The notes beneath the pieces are model-generated. The model was not told the origin of the DNA. It searched no databases and saw only the letters and a list, made by a program, of their open reading frames with translations. Position numbers and translations under genes: made by a program. DNA of 64,000 nt from Hormiphora californensis. Taxonomy: Eukaryota; Animalia; Ctenophora. The DNA is taken from NCBI GenBank assembly GCA_020137815.1, contig CM035354.1, forward strand, positions 1,736,001 to 1,800,000, given 5' to 3'. This document shows, one piece after another, positions 39,251 to 52,503 of this stretch; the first letter of the stretch is position 1; each line of letters opens with the position of its first letter.

Positions 39251-40230
39251 AACAAGTTGTGAACACTAGTATTAACAGATCATCAACAAAACATAACTCT
39301 CGGATTAGATGACAGCATCTCTCTCTCAGGAACTCCACTTTCTTAGTGGGAGAATTAAAGAGAGAGTGGATAGAAGTGAGAGAGAAAAAAGAAGGGAGCA
39401 GTGGCGCGGCTCTCTCACTCCTCATTGGAGGATGGCTACCCACGTGACGGATCACGTGATAGAGGGGCATTGTTAGCTCACTGAGCAGCGCTGCGATCAC
39501 CTGACACACCCGGTGGTAGAACTCCTTTTGTTTTTATATGGGGGAAGAGGAAAGGGGAGAAGGGGAAAAGGCGAAGAAAATCAGAAAGGGAGAGAAGAGA
39601 GAGAAAGAGGTAGGAATTTGGGCGCTAAGCCTCTAGAATCTATAGCTTCTGGTCTTCTCTTTCTCTCTTCTATTTTCTCTCTATAAACGGTCTCTCTGTG
39701 CTTTTCTTCTCTCCAATCCTTTCCTCCGCTTTGGGGGTCTTTTCCTTCTCTCCCACTCATCTCTCTCCCCCTTCGTCCTCTCTTTTTGCGTCGTCTTGTA
39801 AATTCAATGAGCCATTTAGAGATGTAGACGTATTGTAAAATTTACCCTTAGAAGTGCCTCGGGGTCGAATTCTCCCTTCCGTTTTAAATGGGCCAATATT
39901 AAATTTTGGTGGTCCCAAGGGGGGGGGCCCAGTAACACCGTTGCCCTCTACCCTTTAGACCTTGCTTGGTCCTCCAAACCAAATTTTCTCAAATTCCTTT
40001 TTTCTCCGATAGGGGTTCTCTATTGGTCCATTCTTGGGAATGTTGAAGGGGGGGAATAGGGGAAATTGCATTTGGGGGAAAAAACCGTTTGGTTGATGGG
40101 CTTTTCCAAATTTTAAGTAGGCAGTAAACACTTTTTAGTTGCTGGGGCTTCACCGGTAAACGGCTAATTTTGAAATTGTTTTCACGTATCGATGCAAGGT
40201 AATCAGTGGCCCCCTGTCTATGATCCCCCT

Positions 40231-40265
<35 letters not shown>

Positions 40266-41276
40266 CATCCCTACTATTATCATGGTCATTCTTTCCCTCA
40301 TATGGTCATTCTTTCCCTCATATGGTCCACCGTTATTCTGGTCTAGCATCCTAGTTCTACCTATCCTAAAATAAGATAGAACTCCTCAGACATTATCAGA
40401 CAAATTTATAGCTAAAGAACTTTATCGAATTCTAACCTGATGACGGATGGTGGTAATAATCTTCCAGGTATATCAGAGGACCTCAAATGAAGAGATTCCA
40501 GTGTGGTGATCAAAAGAAGGTCCCATGCTACAATTGGTCACCAGCTGCAGGGCAACAAGATCCCGATTTCCCAGGATTCAGAAATCACAGAACAATCTGA
40601 AAGTACAAAGGTTAGAACTGAAACTGTGAAATATCTCAGATTCAGGGATTGCAATAACTCGTTTAGTACAACATCACCTAAAGTAGGATTTATTGAAGTT
40701 GTCATACATCATAATGGCACCTTCAATATATCCCGAAGGTGATGCATCACCCACAAACTCAGTACGTGCTTGTTGAGCTACTCCGCAAGCCTGTCAGGCC
40801 AATGCTCTGGCAGCAACAAGCACGTACGTGCTCTGTTCTTGCGCTCTCGTTTAAAAGAAATGAGAATAGGGTCAATATGCCAATGTTCTGACATTGATTT
40901 AGTACTATAATAATTCCTGCAGTTACCTGTTATTGCACACTCGGTGTGCATGTTTCCATCTGCAGGTAACCAATTAATAGATCTGGGAGAGGTGAGTTAG
41001 CCACCACAAATAGATCAGTCGCTCCAACCTTGTATACTTTGTATTCTGATCTCTTGCCTCAGCCTCGTCTTCTTTTTGCATCCTGTGCTGCAGCTCTTTA
41101 TTTCAAACATTGCGTCACTGTGTGCTGTATAATGATCTTGCTGCGATGGCTCATTAGCTAGAGAGAGGGGAGGTTTTAGATGATGGGGAATAACTTAACA
41201 TATTATTTAAAGAAACTCAAACATTAATTACAAAACAAAACAATTCGTTATATTCTCCACTTAACTTTAATACATA

Positions 41277-41598
41277 ACATTTTCAACACTGATTCAAATA
41301 CATTTTCAACACTGATTCAAATACATTTTCAACACTGATTCAAATACATTTTCAACACTGATTCAAATACATTTTCAACACTGATTCAAATACATTTTCA
41401 ACACTGATTCAAATACATTTTCAACACTGATTCAAATACATTTTCAACACTGATTCAAATACATTTTCAACACTGATTCAAATACATTTTCAACACTGAT
41501 TCAAATACATTTTCAACACTGATTCAAATACATTTTCAACACTGATTCAAATACATTTTCAACACTGATTCAAATACATTTTCAACACTGATTCAAAT
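41277..41598. repeat. Minisatellite, 14 x 23 bp (ACATTTTCAACACTGATTCAAAT), overlapping the sulfotransferase stop codon
   Basis: Exact 23-bp period. The minus strand of each unit contains TTG AAT CAG TGT TGA. Confidence 0.95.
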
Positions 41599-42625
41599 AC
41601 ATTTCCTCATCAAAATATGACTCAGGAATATCTACAGAAACCCCATCAAATTCCTTCCTAGACCTCTGATCAAACACACATCTCTTACTAAAGGACAGCA
41701 ACTCCCTGGCTCTCCCAGGTTTAGGTAGCGCATGCTCAGTAACCCTATCTACAAACCTGACCTCCTCCTTGTCAAGATCATCGTACCCTAAAAACTGGTT
41801 AATTCTGGTAATAGCATCTGGTTTCTTCATCACCATCTCCTCATAGGTCACCAGCAACATATTCAACTGATTCTTGTTATTCAGATACCCCCTGTTAAAG
41901 GTCCAATAACATCCATTATCAAAACCATGTGATAGGAACCACGTGACTGCTTCTTCAAATGTCCCCTTGAACCCTGATTTGCTGTTAGAACTGGCCATGT
42001 GACTAAATTGGGCACACACGGTATCTTTAGGGTTCCTTATCACATGTATTACCTTCACTTTCTCTCTGTTGAGATTGAGATGCTGGTAGTGGTTGCGGGT
42101 TTTGAAGACACGTGGTGAGGGTATTTTGTCCAGGTTGGTACTGGAGCTAAAGTTAGAGTGAATCCAGGGCATCTGATCACGAGGCATCTGGTCCAAGAAG
42201 AAGGGGTGTTCCCTTGCTAATTTAGGGTTTTGTAACAAGTGAATCTCCCTACAGAGTGCCAGGGCCAGGCTGGTACCTGATCTAGGGTAACCACTAACCA
42301 CAACATCCCCATCCCGTGGATCAAACAGATCTGTAGATTTCACCCTGTCTGGTGGGCAGGATATGGGGTAGGCCAGGCCGTCTATAGAGTGATGTCGGAC
42401 TGGAAGGTTTAGAGGAGGGAAGAGGTCGGTAGTGGGATCCCGTGAAGCAGGGAAAAGGTTAGTAGTGGGATCCCTAGGGAACATGTTGGTAGTGGGATCC
42501 CTGATAGTATCACTGATTGGATCCCGTGTAGGAAGGACCATGTTAGTGGTGAGATCTCTAACTGGATCCCGTGGAAACGTGTTGTCGACAGAGTTGTGCT
42601 GCGGCGACTTTTTATTGCTTGACAT
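41582..42625 (-). CDS. Cytosolic sulfotransferase (Sulfotransfer_1)-like protein, degenerate motifs, N-terminal RDPTT repeats
   Basis: FDPRDGDVVVSGYPRSGT (5'-PSB), PRVFKT, KVIHVIRNPKD (3'-PB), LLVTYEEM, INQFLG. Start taken at MSSNKK. The upstream part of the ORF is (CT)n-derived. Confidence 0.88.
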   Translation of the reverse strand: MSSNKKSPQHNSVDNTFPRDPVRDLTTNMVLPTRDPISDTIRDPTTNMFPRDPTTNLFPASRDPTTDLFPPLNLPVRHHSIDGLAYPISCPPDRVKSTDLFDPRDGDVVVSGYPRSGTSLALALCREIHLLQNPKLAREHPFFLDQMPRDQMPWIHSNFSSSTNLDKIPSPRVFKTRNHYQHLNLNREKVKVIHVIRNPKDTVCAQFSHMASSNSKSGFKGTFEEAVTWFLSHGFDNGCYWTFNRGYLNNKNQLNMLLVTYEEMVMKKPDAITRINQFLGYDDLDKEEVRFVDRVTEHALPKPGRARELLSFSKRCVFDQRSRKEFDGVSVDIPESYFDEEMYLNQC

Positions 42626-42676
42626 ATCCGATACGAGCATTAGTGAGACCAAAACAAGAGAAGCAAAGAGAGAGAA

Positions 42677-42757
<81 letters not shown>

Positions 42758-43251
42758 TGGTATGCGTGGCAAAACTTGCGGTATGCTATAAATCTGCAAA
42801 TACAGACTGCAGCTTTTTGCAAACATACTACACCATATTCTAGGAGAAAGAGATCACTGCTGCACTGGCAAGTGCCTCGGGGACCGTCCCCCCGTACCCG
42901 GCCTTCTAATTGAAAGGAAGAAAGATGCGAGGGGCCGTCAGATGAGTTATAGGAGAGAGATTTATAAGAACTTGTTTGCGTTGTTCGACCCTCCTTTGAA
43001 TAAAAAGGGTTTGAACAAAACAAATACTTGTTAGGTAAGGGCTTGAGAAGGGGGAACCGGTGGTAAGGTCATCTTTATCAAAAGGGAAAGTGAAATGAGA
43101 CGAAGTGATTCTTTATCCGGGGGGGGGGGGGGGAGTAGACCACGTGCCTGGACACAGTTTTTATTCCGACAAAAAGCAAAAAATATAGACGGAGGGCGAG
43201 ACAGAGCTACTGAAAAATAGAAAGAGAGAGAGGGAGAGAGAGGGAGTGAGA

Positions 43252-43343
<92 letters not shown>

Positions 43344-44226
43344 GATAATGACGGGGTGCGTGTTACGTCAATATATCCCATGATCTCCTAATTAGATTGC
43401 GATCCTTCGTAGTAATTGGTACAATCTACGTAGAGATTCCGGATACTCTCCGTACCCTCACAACTCCCCCCCCCCACCCCCCCCCCCCCCCCCCCCCCCC
43501 CCCCGTTATTTACATCCCTCCTCTCTCTCTCTCTGCCGGAGGGGTCTACCGCTCTCTCTTTTGTTGGGTAACGGGGCCGGTGACTCTCAACAACAACTAC
43601 CTCTCTCTCTTGTGACTCCCAACAGGCTCTCTTTAGATCTCTTCTTCTTCTTCTCTTTAGATCCTATTTTACCCACTCAAGGGAGGTAGACGCTTACTTT
43701 GTAGTGTTCTCTCACGTGTGAGCTCCTTGCCTAGCTAGACCCGCACCCCCGTTATAAGCTGCCGGCCCTGATTTACCGTCTCAATGCCATACCACCCATA
43801 ATCAGTCTACCTTTGCTTAGACATTATCACAGTATTTAAAGTTTATCGGCTTTTGTTGCCATTTCAACATCCAGTCGTATCTTCGATCAGTTCCACATCT
43901 GCCTTTTCTGCTTGTCCTCTATCAGTGTCGTGTCAACAATTGCCCTGTCCCTAGACAGGGTGAGAGAGAGTGAGAGAGAGTCACCTTGGAGTCACCTTGG
44001 AGATTCTTCGGTCGTAGCGACATCAGGCTAACGGACTGCAGACCGCGCCTTGCCCCATCCAATCCAGTAAACTGTTATTGTTCGGGGTTTAGTTGTATAG
44101 TTTCGTGTCGGTGGTAGGTCAGGGATCAAGCTCCGATTTCGCTCTCTCGATCGTCGATTGGTCTTTGACTGTTGAAGGAATAATATTCCACAGGCCAACT
44201 GCTGATGATGCAAAGGAGTTGTAGAG

Positions 44227-44293
<67 letters not shown>

Positions 44294-44681
44294 GAGAGAG
44301 AGAGAGAGAGAGAGTGAGAGAGCTGTTATAATACTAAATTGATATATGAACTACATACCGCAGCTAGTCACGTCACCTCGTTAGGAGATCTTGTTAAAGC
44401 GCCGGGCATTCTACAGTGTCATGTGGTTTCCGTGTACCGACAGCTGCAGTAATATCCGGTGTACAGCAGTAGATATGAAGTCACCGGCCTCTCTGATTCG
44501 TCACTTGCTTGATACTATCTTCATATCTAGACACAACTTATTTATACTCCTCCTCCCTCTCTCTATCCTCCTCGTGCTGCCCCTCTCCGCCAATTGTCGC
44601 GCTCTGATCAGTTCTCTCTCTCTCTCTCAGATCAGCTGTTTTAGTAGCACTCAGTTTGCATGATACTCCCTATTTTACAAA

Positions 44682-44741
<60 letters not shown>

Positions 44742-45184
44742 CTGCGCTCGTGATTTTCTACGTGCTTTGCATATCTTTCTTCGGATAATATCTTCGCTCG
44801 CTGTGTCTACATATTCTTCTTGGACCGATAGGATGTACATATTTCCTGAATTCTTCGTACCATCCAACTATAACCGGGTCCAGTCGTGAGCCTGCAGGGA
44901 AGGGGTTAGGATAATAACTCCTGGGTGTGGGGAGGTCAGATCTCACAATCAGCCCACAGAACCGCCATCTCGTTATCCAGCTCCCCTTGCATTGTCTACC
45001 CAGTGTCTATAATACGGACCAGTGTGTCTATCGGGGGCGGTGAAAGCCCCCCATCTCCTAGGAGGAGGAGGAGGTAGACAATGTCTGTTGCTGCGCTGCA
45101 TCAGGCGTGCCAGGTACTGGATGAGTGGACAAAGGGGTGGAGGATCTGACTCAATTTACCCCCGGATCTTAATATTATTGTAGA

Positions 45185-45266
<82 letters not shown>

Positions 45267-45344
45267 GAGAGAGATGAGAGAGCGAGATGAGGAGAGAGGA
45301 GAGAGAGAGAGAGAGATAGATATAGAGAGAGAGATAGAGAGAGC

Positions 45345-45410
<66 letters not shown>

Positions 45411-45963
45411 AGGTCACACGAGGGTAAAAGGTTGAAGCTGTCCGTACTTGTACCTGGATATCTCCAGCTGGGTCCCCTCTTTTATCTCCAGATCCTGATC
45501 AATTACCCTTTACATTTATCTTCAACGGAACAATAATTCCTTCTTCTTCTTCTTCTACGGGTCAGCGGGGTATAAATTATGAGTCGAGTAGACCCTTGTC
45601 AGGAAAGAGCTCTGATCGCCTAATGAACACATTCCAATAGTTTTCCTTTGAATTTGACATCAGAGTAACCTACTGACTTGTTTGTATGAGTGCAGCTGAT
45701 TGATATTTGGTGGTTTTGTCGAGCGTCTAACACTCTCACAAACCGCAGAACTGCACTTGCATAGCTAATGTACATACTGCCCTGTTATGGCGTTATGCCG
45801 TGAGTCGTATACTGCACATACAGGGTGTCCCATATATTCTCCGGGTCGGTTGTATATCCTTCGGGCAGATGCCATCTCTTCCGACCTCTGCAGCCACGGC
45901 ACTCAACTCTTGCTTCCTTCTGTTTCACTGACCACCCTCTTCCTCTTTAGGATCGTGTGTGCA

Positions 45964-48900
45964 ATGTTGTCCTATGTAGTTCAGATCTTGGTGTTCCTCC
46001 CTCTTCTACTGGAGGTACTCCTGGCTGTACCCCTCGACGGATGGATTATAGATCTGCAAGAGGGGGGACAGGAGGCTGCACAACTAATAGCAGATAGACA
46101 CAATCTTAGATACCGTGGCCCGGTGAGTAAACATGTTTCATAGTGGCAACAATTATCACCAAGCATCTTCAATTTAGTCACCAATTATTTCACCAATTAT
46201 CACCAAGCATCTTCAATTTAGTCACCAATTATTTCACCAATCATCTTCAATTTAGTCACCAATTATTTCACCAATTATCACCAAGCATCTTCAATTTAGT
46301 CACCAAGTATTACCAATTTAGTCACCAATTTAGTCACCAAGTATCGATTAACACCAATTATCACCCCCTTTCAGGTAGGTTTATCTAAGCATCTTCACCA
46401 CGTGCAGCTGAGAGATAAGCGGGTACTAGCCCACCGTCACCACCGCCTAACTAACGAGATAGCCAATGCCCTGATCCATGAGAAGGGAGTGGTCTTTGTA
46501 GAGAGGCTGAAAGATTTGGTGCGGAAACCAAGGGGGTATCTTCCTGAGCGGTGCTGTGAGGAATTCAATGATCCGGAATACCAAAACCAGTGGCTTTATG
46601 TAAGTGTCTTTCTCTGCTTTACAAAACCAGTGGCTTTATGTAAGTGTCTCTTTTAAAATTTGTTTCTTTCTGCCACGCAGTCTGTCATTCGGGTGATGAG
46701 TCGCTTACCCTCGCGTAAGCTCCCACCCCAGGCCTTCGGCCGGGATTGTGTAAGAGCTGACAGACAGACGGACAAACTATACAGACATTAGACACGCGTC
46801 CCCGGTCCCTCTGTGCAGCTGCAACACGTACAGACACAAAGTTGTGTGAATAAATATTCAAAACCGCAGCCTCAAATATTATGCTATTTCTGTTCTTTGT
46901 GCGGCACATAGCATCCACATTCCACTTAACAAAAGTCAATGTTGTTTACTATGACCCCGAACCATTTACATTGACTGATGTATCAGTAGCTTCTACGAGC
47001 ATGTATGATACAGCACGTATGAACTCTTGCTCATATCTACACGGTGTTCATTTTGGATCTTTACAAGCGTTGGGCTTCACCCAGAAAACAGTTGACAAGA
47101 TTAGGTCGTGAAACTTCATACTTGGACTATTCTATACCCTCATTCAAGGTTCCTGGGGATTTTGGAGCTCTAGTACCCCGGGAAGTGTGTTTTTGGCATC
47201 AAAACTACCAGAAGGAATTTTTTGCTGGTGCTGAGACTTTGCTAAAATGTTTTTTGGGTAATTTCTATGTCAATCCTAAAGTTTCATGGAGATTGGATGT
47301 GTTTTTCGGACTCAAAACTTCATAGAAAGTGGCTGGAAAGATTCCATTTTTGCCGTTTTTGAGCCGTTTTCGAGCCTTTCCAGCCACTTTTTACGAAATT
47401 TTGAGTCCGAAAAACACATCCAATCTCTATGAAACTTTAGGATTGACATAGAAATTACCCAAAAAACATTTTAGCAAAGTCTCAGCACCAGCAAAAAATT
47501 CCTTCTGGTAGTTTTGATGCCAAAAACACACTTCCCGGGGTACTAGAGCTCCAAAATCCCCAGGAACCTTGAATGAGGGTATAGAATAGTCCAAGTATGA
47601 AGTTTCACGACCTAATCTTGTCAACTGTTTTCTGGGTGAAGCCCAACGCTTGTAAAGATCCAAAATGAACACCCTGTATATCTAGTACAATTCATAGTTT
47701 AAATTTAGAGATATTGGGCGAAGTCCAATTACCAGCACAGCACACCAATGTGACTTTACTTGGCCATGAAAAGGGGCCATTTTAACACCAAACAAAAGCC
47801 GTAGTAAATCAGAATGAACTAATGATATATGCCTTTGTGCAGGAACAAGCTCTAAGTCCTAAGAGCTCTCCTAAATCTGTTTGTGACTACTTTGCGACTA
47901 CCTCAAATCTCCAAACGTCCACATTTTGTCCTAAAAAGTGACAAGGCTAACCTTCATCTAATCCCCCCAGAACAATAAGGAGGGTTTAGATACGAACATA
48001 CACGGAGCGTGGAAACAAGGAATAACTGGAAAGGGAGTGGTTGTTTCAATACTTGACGATGGTGAGTTATCGTTACCCCCTAGTTACCCTGCATGGTTAC
48101 CATGGTTACACATATCTCCAAATGCAGGTGTAGAGCACACTCACCATGATCTACGGGATAACTGGGATCCTCAGGCAAGCTACGATTTTAACAGCGATGA
48201 TGCAGACCCCGCTCCCGAGCTGGACAATGTCTACAATGAAAATATGTAAGTACGTGTCTACATAGTAAGTTTCCTGGAAATTTGCCAAACTATCATTGTG
48301 TAAAGTATTTAATCGGAGAGAAAATTGGTTGCTTGTTTTTAGCTATGTGTTCCAGTTTTCGAGGTTCTGTTAAATGAGGGAAGAACTGTCTCTGAGGAAA
48401 CTATGCACTTTCCAGCTCTCTATCTAATATCTATCTTTATTTCTAGAAATAGAAATTTCTATCATGCTCCTCCCAACTCTATTTCTATCATGCTCACTGC
48501 TCCTCCCAACTCTATTTCTATCATGCTCACAGCTCCTTCCCTACTACTCCTCTACTCCTCCCCACTATCTATTTCTTGCTACTCTCCATGACTCTATGGC
48601 ACTAAACACAGCCTGCAGGGCGGGGGAACATTCTGGAAGAATTCAGAGAGAGAGAGAGAGAGCTGAGAGAGACAGAAGTATTTTACAAGTAAATAGAACT
48701 CTCTCTCTCTCTATCTATTTCTCTTACTTTCTCTTTCACTCTATCTATAAATTGACTCTATTAATGGAATATTTAAAACACTGCACGCCAGGAACGCCGA
48801 TAGAATAATGAGACAATTGTCTTGTCGACAAAAGGACTGTTAATACTTCCCCTTACCTACCGTTAATATATTAAAAATACCTGATCATCTCTCTCTCTGA

Positions 48901-51424
48901 GGGAGAGAGTGAGAGAGAGTCTCTCTCTCTCCCTCCCTCTCGATACTATTACTAAAACATATGTGATATACCGATAATATCATACCGATAATATTAAACA
49001 TACCTGATCATTTCTCCCTCTCCCTCTTTCCCTCACTCCCTCTATACTATAACATATGTCTCACAATGTGAATCTAAGTAAGCTGCATGCATTCCTTCAA
49101 GTACTAATGATGTTTAGAACCCACATCCGTAGGCACGGTACGAGATGTGCTGGTCAGGTCGCTGCCTCAGCCAATAACTCCCACTGCATCATCGGAGCAG
49201 CCTTTGAAGCCAAGATCGGAGGTATGTACGTGTGGAACATATAATAGAGAAGATCCTTGCGTTATACCCTCCATAATCCATATATCCTCATGTTTCCTAA
49301 CGACCCTGATATAATAATCCATATCCTTCCTAGCGATATAATCTCAGCCTGAAAACTCATTTCTCCTGTTCCTAAGCCACTATACCCCCAAACTAAATCC
49401 CCTGTTACCTAGGTATCAGAATGTTGGACGGGAGGATCCAGGATCAGCTGGAATGTGAATCCCTCCAGTTCAGAAGGGACCACATTGACATCTATAGCGC
49501 CAGTTGGGGTCCCGACGACAACGGCAAGACAGTGGACGGACCGGGAAGATGCACCAAGGCAGCACTTAGAGAGGGAACACAGAAGGTAAGGACTAAGGGG
49601 CCAGCACTTAGGGAGGGAACACAGAAGGTAAGGACTAAGGGGCCAGTAGTTCAAGGCCACACTTTGGAGAGCAGGGAAGGTCAAATGGCCGTTATTGTGA
49701 CAGTCTTTGTTTTTAGGCAACCATTATGACAACTAAACAACTGCTAACTCTGTGTCTAAGTGCCCCAGTTCCCTCCCTCTATCTCCCCAGGTTCCCCTGA
49801 ACCACTATAGATTCTAACTCTACTTTCCTCTCCCAGGGTAGGAAGGGTAAGGGCTCCATATTTGTATGGGCCAGTGGTAACGGGGGTCGAGACAATGACG
49901 ATTGTAATATGGACGGATACGTCTCCAGCATCTATACCATTGCCATCAGTGCCCTGAACAGTCATGGTCTATCGCCCTGGTATAGCGAGTGGTGCTCTGC
50001 TACCCTTGCCAGTGCTTACTCAAGTGGGTTTGGGAGTGATGGAAAGGTCTGGACTACTGACATCAAGGATTCCTGTACGGACCTGCATACGGGGACCTCC
50101 GCTGCTACCCCTCTTGCTGCTGGTGTCATCGCCCTGGCTCTACAGGCAAAGTAAGGAACTATAGGGTAGGACTGGCTATTTGAAATGGCGGCGAATTTGA
50201 AACATCCTCCTCTCCCCCAGCCCCCTAGAAGTAACACCACCCTCTCTCCCTGCAGTCCAGATTTAACATGGAGGGATGTGCAGCACCTTATAGTTAACAC
50301 AGCCAGTAAGCTGACTAACGCTGATCAATGGACCACCAATGGAGCGGGACATGCCTTTCACCCTAAAATAGGGTTCGGAGCTCTCGGTAAGAGGGATCAT
50401 GGGGAGGATAGGGCAAATTACCAGAACGTCCTAACATTTAATTTACCGCTTACCAATACCACCAAAGAACCTTCTCAAAGGGATATTAACAAGATATATT
50501 GTCCCCTCGCAGATGCGACGAAGCTGGTTAATCTCGCTAAGAACTGGACCAATGTGGGGCCACACAGAAAGTGTGTTGCACTAAAATACAGCGGACCCGC
50601 TAAGTAAGTACAAAGCACAGTAGTAGGTATATAATATATAGTATCATGTATGTTGGGTATTATTGCATTACCCTGGGTTACCCCCCTATCTCTAACTGGG
50701 ACCCATCTTGTCTCAGGACGATCCCTAATTGTCCTTTATTTCAGGGCGATTCTTCCACGACTCAGTTTAACCACACATTTGTTCTAGGACGATCCCCGGA
50801 CTGACAGTGCTGACAATGTCTCACTCCCTACTGCAGACCCCCCTATCCCCCTATCCCTGACTGATCACATCCCTAACTGGATCCTCTCTTGTTTCAGGAC
50901 GATTCCAGGGTTGACAGTGCTGACGATGAGTAGTGTTATAAAGCCCCACCAGTGCGCCAACACAGCCATTGGTAGGACGGGGGAGGAGCACCTTAACAAA
51001 TTGGAACATGTCCAGTTGGTTGTAACAATGAACACCGCAGTGAGGGGTAACATCAAACTATTACTAACGTCACCAAGTGGAACTACCAGCAAACTACTGA
51101 ACATGAGGCCCAATGATAAGGGGATTGGAATGAACGCTTTTCAATACAGAAAGTAAGTCCTTCTGATCCACACACCCTCTGTACAACTGCAGATGAATCC
51201 AGGGGAAATCTCACACATACACGGGCAGATCTCGGTTATATGTATTCTCGAAATTAATATTCTATTCTGACGGGCAGATAAATATCAATATTCTAACTAG
51301 GCCGAAAGACGTGGGGATCAAGAATTGGGCTTTCATGTCAGTTAACTTCTGGGACGAATACCCCTACGGAAAATGGAAGCTTGAGATATTCAACGGAGGA
51401 GACGGTGAATCTCCGATGTAAGCC

Positions 51425-51495
<71 letters not shown>

Positions 51496-51510
51496 ATGTC
51501 TGTCTGTCTA

Positions 51511-51578
<68 letters not shown>

Positions 51579-51609
51579 GTGTCTGTCTGTCTGTCTGCCT
51601 GTCTGTCTA

Positions 51610-51663
<54 letters not shown>

Positions 51664-51703
51664 GGTCTGTCTGTCTGTCGGTCTGTCTATTTGTCTGCCT
51701 GCC

Positions 51704-51763
<60 letters not shown>

Positions 51764-51835
51764 GGTCTGTCTGTCTGTCTGTCGGTCTGTATATTTGTCT
51801 GTCTGCCTGTCTGTCTGTCTGTCTGTCTGTCTGTA

Positions 51836-51875
<40 letters not shown>

Positions 51876-51971
51876 GGTCTGTCTATTTGTCTGTCTGCCT
51901 GTCTGTCTGTCTGTCTGTCTGTCTGTCGGTCTGTCTGTCTGTCGGTCTGTCTATTTGTCTGTCTGCCTGCC

Positions 51972-52023
<52 letters not shown>

Positions 52024-52221
52024 GGTCTGTCGGTCTGTCGGTCTGTCTATTTGTCTGTCTGCCTGCCTGTCTGTCTATCTGTCTGTCTGTCTATTTGTCT
52101 GTCTATTTGTCTGTCTGTCTGTCTGTCTGTCTGTATGTCTGTCTGTCTGTCTGTCGGTCTGTCTATTTGTATGTCTGCCTGCCTGTCTGTCTGTCTGTCT
52201 GTCTGTCTATTTGTCTGTCTA

Positions 52222-52262
<41 letters not shown>

Positions 52263-52361
52263 TCGTCTGTCTGTTCGTTTGTCTATATGTCTGTCTGTCT
52301 GTCTGTCTGTCTATCTGTCTGTCTGTCTGTCTATCTATTTGTCTGTCTATTTGTCTGTCTA

Positions 52362-52410
<49 letters not shown>

Positions 52411-52415
52411 TCGCC

Positions 52416-52503
<88 letters not shown>

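Noticed and set aside
39500-40200. Possible regulatory or novel sequence upstream of convertase A (similar stretches at 260-1500, 25540-26350, 34300-34900, 42840-43800)
   Set aside because: Homopolymer-inflated, noisy text next to microsatellites. It looks like low-quality sequence and is not interpretable.
41277-41598. Regular 23-bp array resembling a CRISPR
   Set aside because: No spacers, no cas genes and a eukaryotic context. It is a plain minisatellite.
42626-42826. Hydrophobic N-terminal extension or signal anchor on the sulfotransferase ORF
   Set aside because: Mostly (CT)n/(CA)n translation from a non-ATG start.
46684-47040. Helitron/DINE-like element (gacagacagacggaca)
   Set aside because: Only a short motif resemblance. 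I could not define the termini or hairpin.
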